From Jimgerdemannia flammicorona (taxonomy: Eukaryota): 34,985 nucleotides of DNA. Under the pieces are notes generated by a model. The model saw only the letters and a list, made by a program, of their open reading frames with translations. It was not told where the DNA came from and did no database searches. The position numbers and the translations under genes are program-made. Positions 34,701-34,985 of this stretch are shown here, piece after piece (positions within the stretch are counted from its first letter, which is position 1; the number at the start of each line of letters is the position of its first letter). The stretch lies in contig RBNJ01000264.1 of the NCBI GenBank assembly GCA_003990765.1, forward strand, positions 1 to 34,985, read 5' to 3'.

Positions 34701-34985
34701 AAGTTTGCTGAGGTTTATAGATTGACAGAACTGTAGATGAAAGTTACCTGTTGCCAGATTCTCGAGAATGAAGTTTCTTACCTTTAAATATCGGCCCTCT
34801 CTGGTTACTTGAATTTTCTCAACTGTTATCTTTGAAGTTCCGATGCTCTTTCCTTAACGCTAACAAAAAGGCTCGACCTCAAACTTGAGCGAAGCTAACT
34901 AACTGAAAAAATGATCGATGGTGATGCATCCAAAATGTTGTACTCATAAAAGCCAATACTCTATCTAAACAGATGATACCAAAAA

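Noticed and set aside
12540..34750. Alternative genetic code (TAA/TAG read as Gln) or an AT-rich endosymbiont/organelle insert
   Set aside because: Stop positions differ between copies of the same element, a host gene ends in TAA, and all recognisable content is eukaryotic transposon.
12551..34860. TAAGGAA...TTCCTTA as terminal inverted repeats of one giant element enclosing the TE block
   Set aside because: Only about 7 bp match and it does not extend, so it is compatible with chance.

Overview
Fungal genomic DNA with two sharply different compartments. The intron-rich gene style suggests an early-diverging fungus, probably Mucoromycota, but this is inferred. Bases 1-12.5 kb are gene space with normal CpG: the end of a hAT/MITE-like repeat, a 10-exon peroxisomal D-amino acid oxidase (-), a 3-exon Cys-rich BRI3/LITAF-like gene with a PPxY tail (+), an 8-exon Mch1/nodulin-like MFS transporter (+) and a large FUSC/ArAE (Bre4-like) membrane protein (-). 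Bases ~12.54-34.75 kb are a nest of dead transposons, almost free of CpG and rich in TpA, with RIP-like C>T/G>A hypermutation. The nest holds a chromovirus-type Gypsy remnant, a truncated and a full-length dUTPase-encoding Gypsy family with 1.5-kb LTRs, an L1/Tx1-type LINE, a Copia fragment, a hAT-like end and a second LINE tail. The most interesting signal appears after mentally reverting the transitions. The long LTRs carry a ~266-273-codon ORF in U3, with its own TATA box and downstream palindromic repeats. A homologous ORF (pattern YE[IL]G..[IL]Y...H....AK[KR][ILV][HY].[IL]F...L......D..DL[ST]) lies between chromodomain and PPT in the unrelated chromovirus, and probably in a third element. 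This is a candidate uncharacterised retrotransposon accessory gene family. All translations and alignments were done by eye.
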